Shown one piece after another: positions 62,901 through 64,000 of a stretch of 64,000 nucleotides of DNA. Source of the stretch: Raillietiella orientalis (Eukaryota). The position numbers and the translations under genes were made by a program. A model generated the notes under the pieces. That model was given only the letters and a program-made list of their open reading frames with translations, searched no databases and was not told the DNA's origin. The number at the start of each line of letters is the position of its first letter. Within the stretch, counting starts at the first letter, position 1. The stretch spans positions 2,790,001-2,854,000 of the forward strand of contig JAYWIR010000003.1 of assembly GCA_036172245.1 (NCBI GenBank). The letters are read 5' to 3'.

Positions 62901-64000
62901 TTGGAATTCGGAAATATGGCACGGGGAAGATGCATCCATTGCGTGGATCCTCTTGGAGAACTCTCGAACGATTCGCAGTGCGAACCTCTCACGTTGCAGC
63001 CTGCTCGCTACCATAATGGGAAGAATAAGGAAAGCTCACAGAAGAGCTGCAGTGACTCGGCGACTGCCGCAGAAAGGATTCTCTGTGCTCCAGCTTCGAA
63101 ATTACGAACACCGAAAGAAGAAGGAAAGAATTTTGTGAAGGCGTATCCTCCAAGAGCTTGGCAAGTATCAACTCCATCATTTAAGCAAGGCTGAGCAAGA
63201 GGAAACTCGACTCTTCCTAGTGCAAGGCTTTCAGTAAGGACAGCAAAAGGAAAAGAGTAAATTAATAGCAGGAAGCTTGTGTGTTTGGGAGTTTTAAGAG
63301 CTGGCTGCATTGAGATGACTCTAGAAAAACTCAAAGAGCTTAGCGAATCGGAAATATGCATTAAAATTCCTTTCGCAAGTACAGACGTGGAAGCTTGGAA
63401 AAACAGTGGTTCCTTCTTGTACTTTGAACCCAAATGTTTAGCCTGAGTAAATGTCTCAGGCTCCATGACTTCCAGCTATTCTTTTGTGACTTCCCGGAGA
63501 TTTATGAATTCGTTTGTATCCATTCAGGTAGGTAGTGAGTAAATGGGAACAAATCTAAGCAACCACGAATTTAACCCCTTTTGTTTCATAAAGCTGCGGG
63601 AAGAAGAAAAGGAAGAAGAAAAAGAAAAAAAAACAAGGAACGATTTTTTGAAGATATGATGGAACGTGAAGGATTCCTTTTCTACTGACGCTGGAATTCT
63701 GGATGTACGTTGTCAAGAGCAGCTTCATTGTAGGATTCATTGACTCGATTTTCGCCAAAGCCTTGAGGAGGAGTCGAGAGCAGCCGATCTGAACACTAAT
63801 GCGGATGTGGCATTGCATTTCCCGATCCTTCCCCTGGGTGACAGACACACACTCACGAAGCAGCGCTATGATGGAGGCATGTGGAAACAGCATCCTTGTA
63901 CTTGGAAGCAAGTGGAATGATCTCGAGAATTTACGAAAGGCAGGGCGCTGGAACCACTCACGGGAGCGAACCGCAACGAGTGGACTCTTCCTGAGAAATC

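Overview
Eukaryotic, arthropod-type genomic DNA from the posterior end of a Hox cluster, equivalent to the abd-A/Abd-B interval of the Drosophila bithorax complex. Two anchors are firm. (1) A minus-strand terminal coding exon of an Abdominal-B-class homeobox gene lies at 59068-59384, with a divergent and uninterrupted homeobox. (2) The bidirectional miR-iab-4 (+) / miR-iab-8 (-) hairpin lies at about 13282-13352, in the orientation relative to Abd-B known from insects. The ~46 kb between them looks non-coding, and most of the six-frame ORFs look spurious. This interval holds a GC/CpG-rich island around a (CT)39 tract, several very degraded non-LTR retroelement-like remnants and a diverged ~170-bp direct repeat. 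Its most striking feature is a cluster of fold-back sequences at 28.97-31.73 kb: a ~310-bp inverted repeat with a 1.6-kb spacer, next to a 190-nt near-perfect hairpin. These would sit inside the presumed iab-8 primary transcript and are the best candidate for an undescribed dsRNA/hpRNA-type element in a Hox cluster. No abd-A homeobox, tRNA, rRNA, CRISPR array or intact transposon was recognised. The species cannot be determined from the sequence. Comparisons to Drosophila sequences are from recall, not from a database search.
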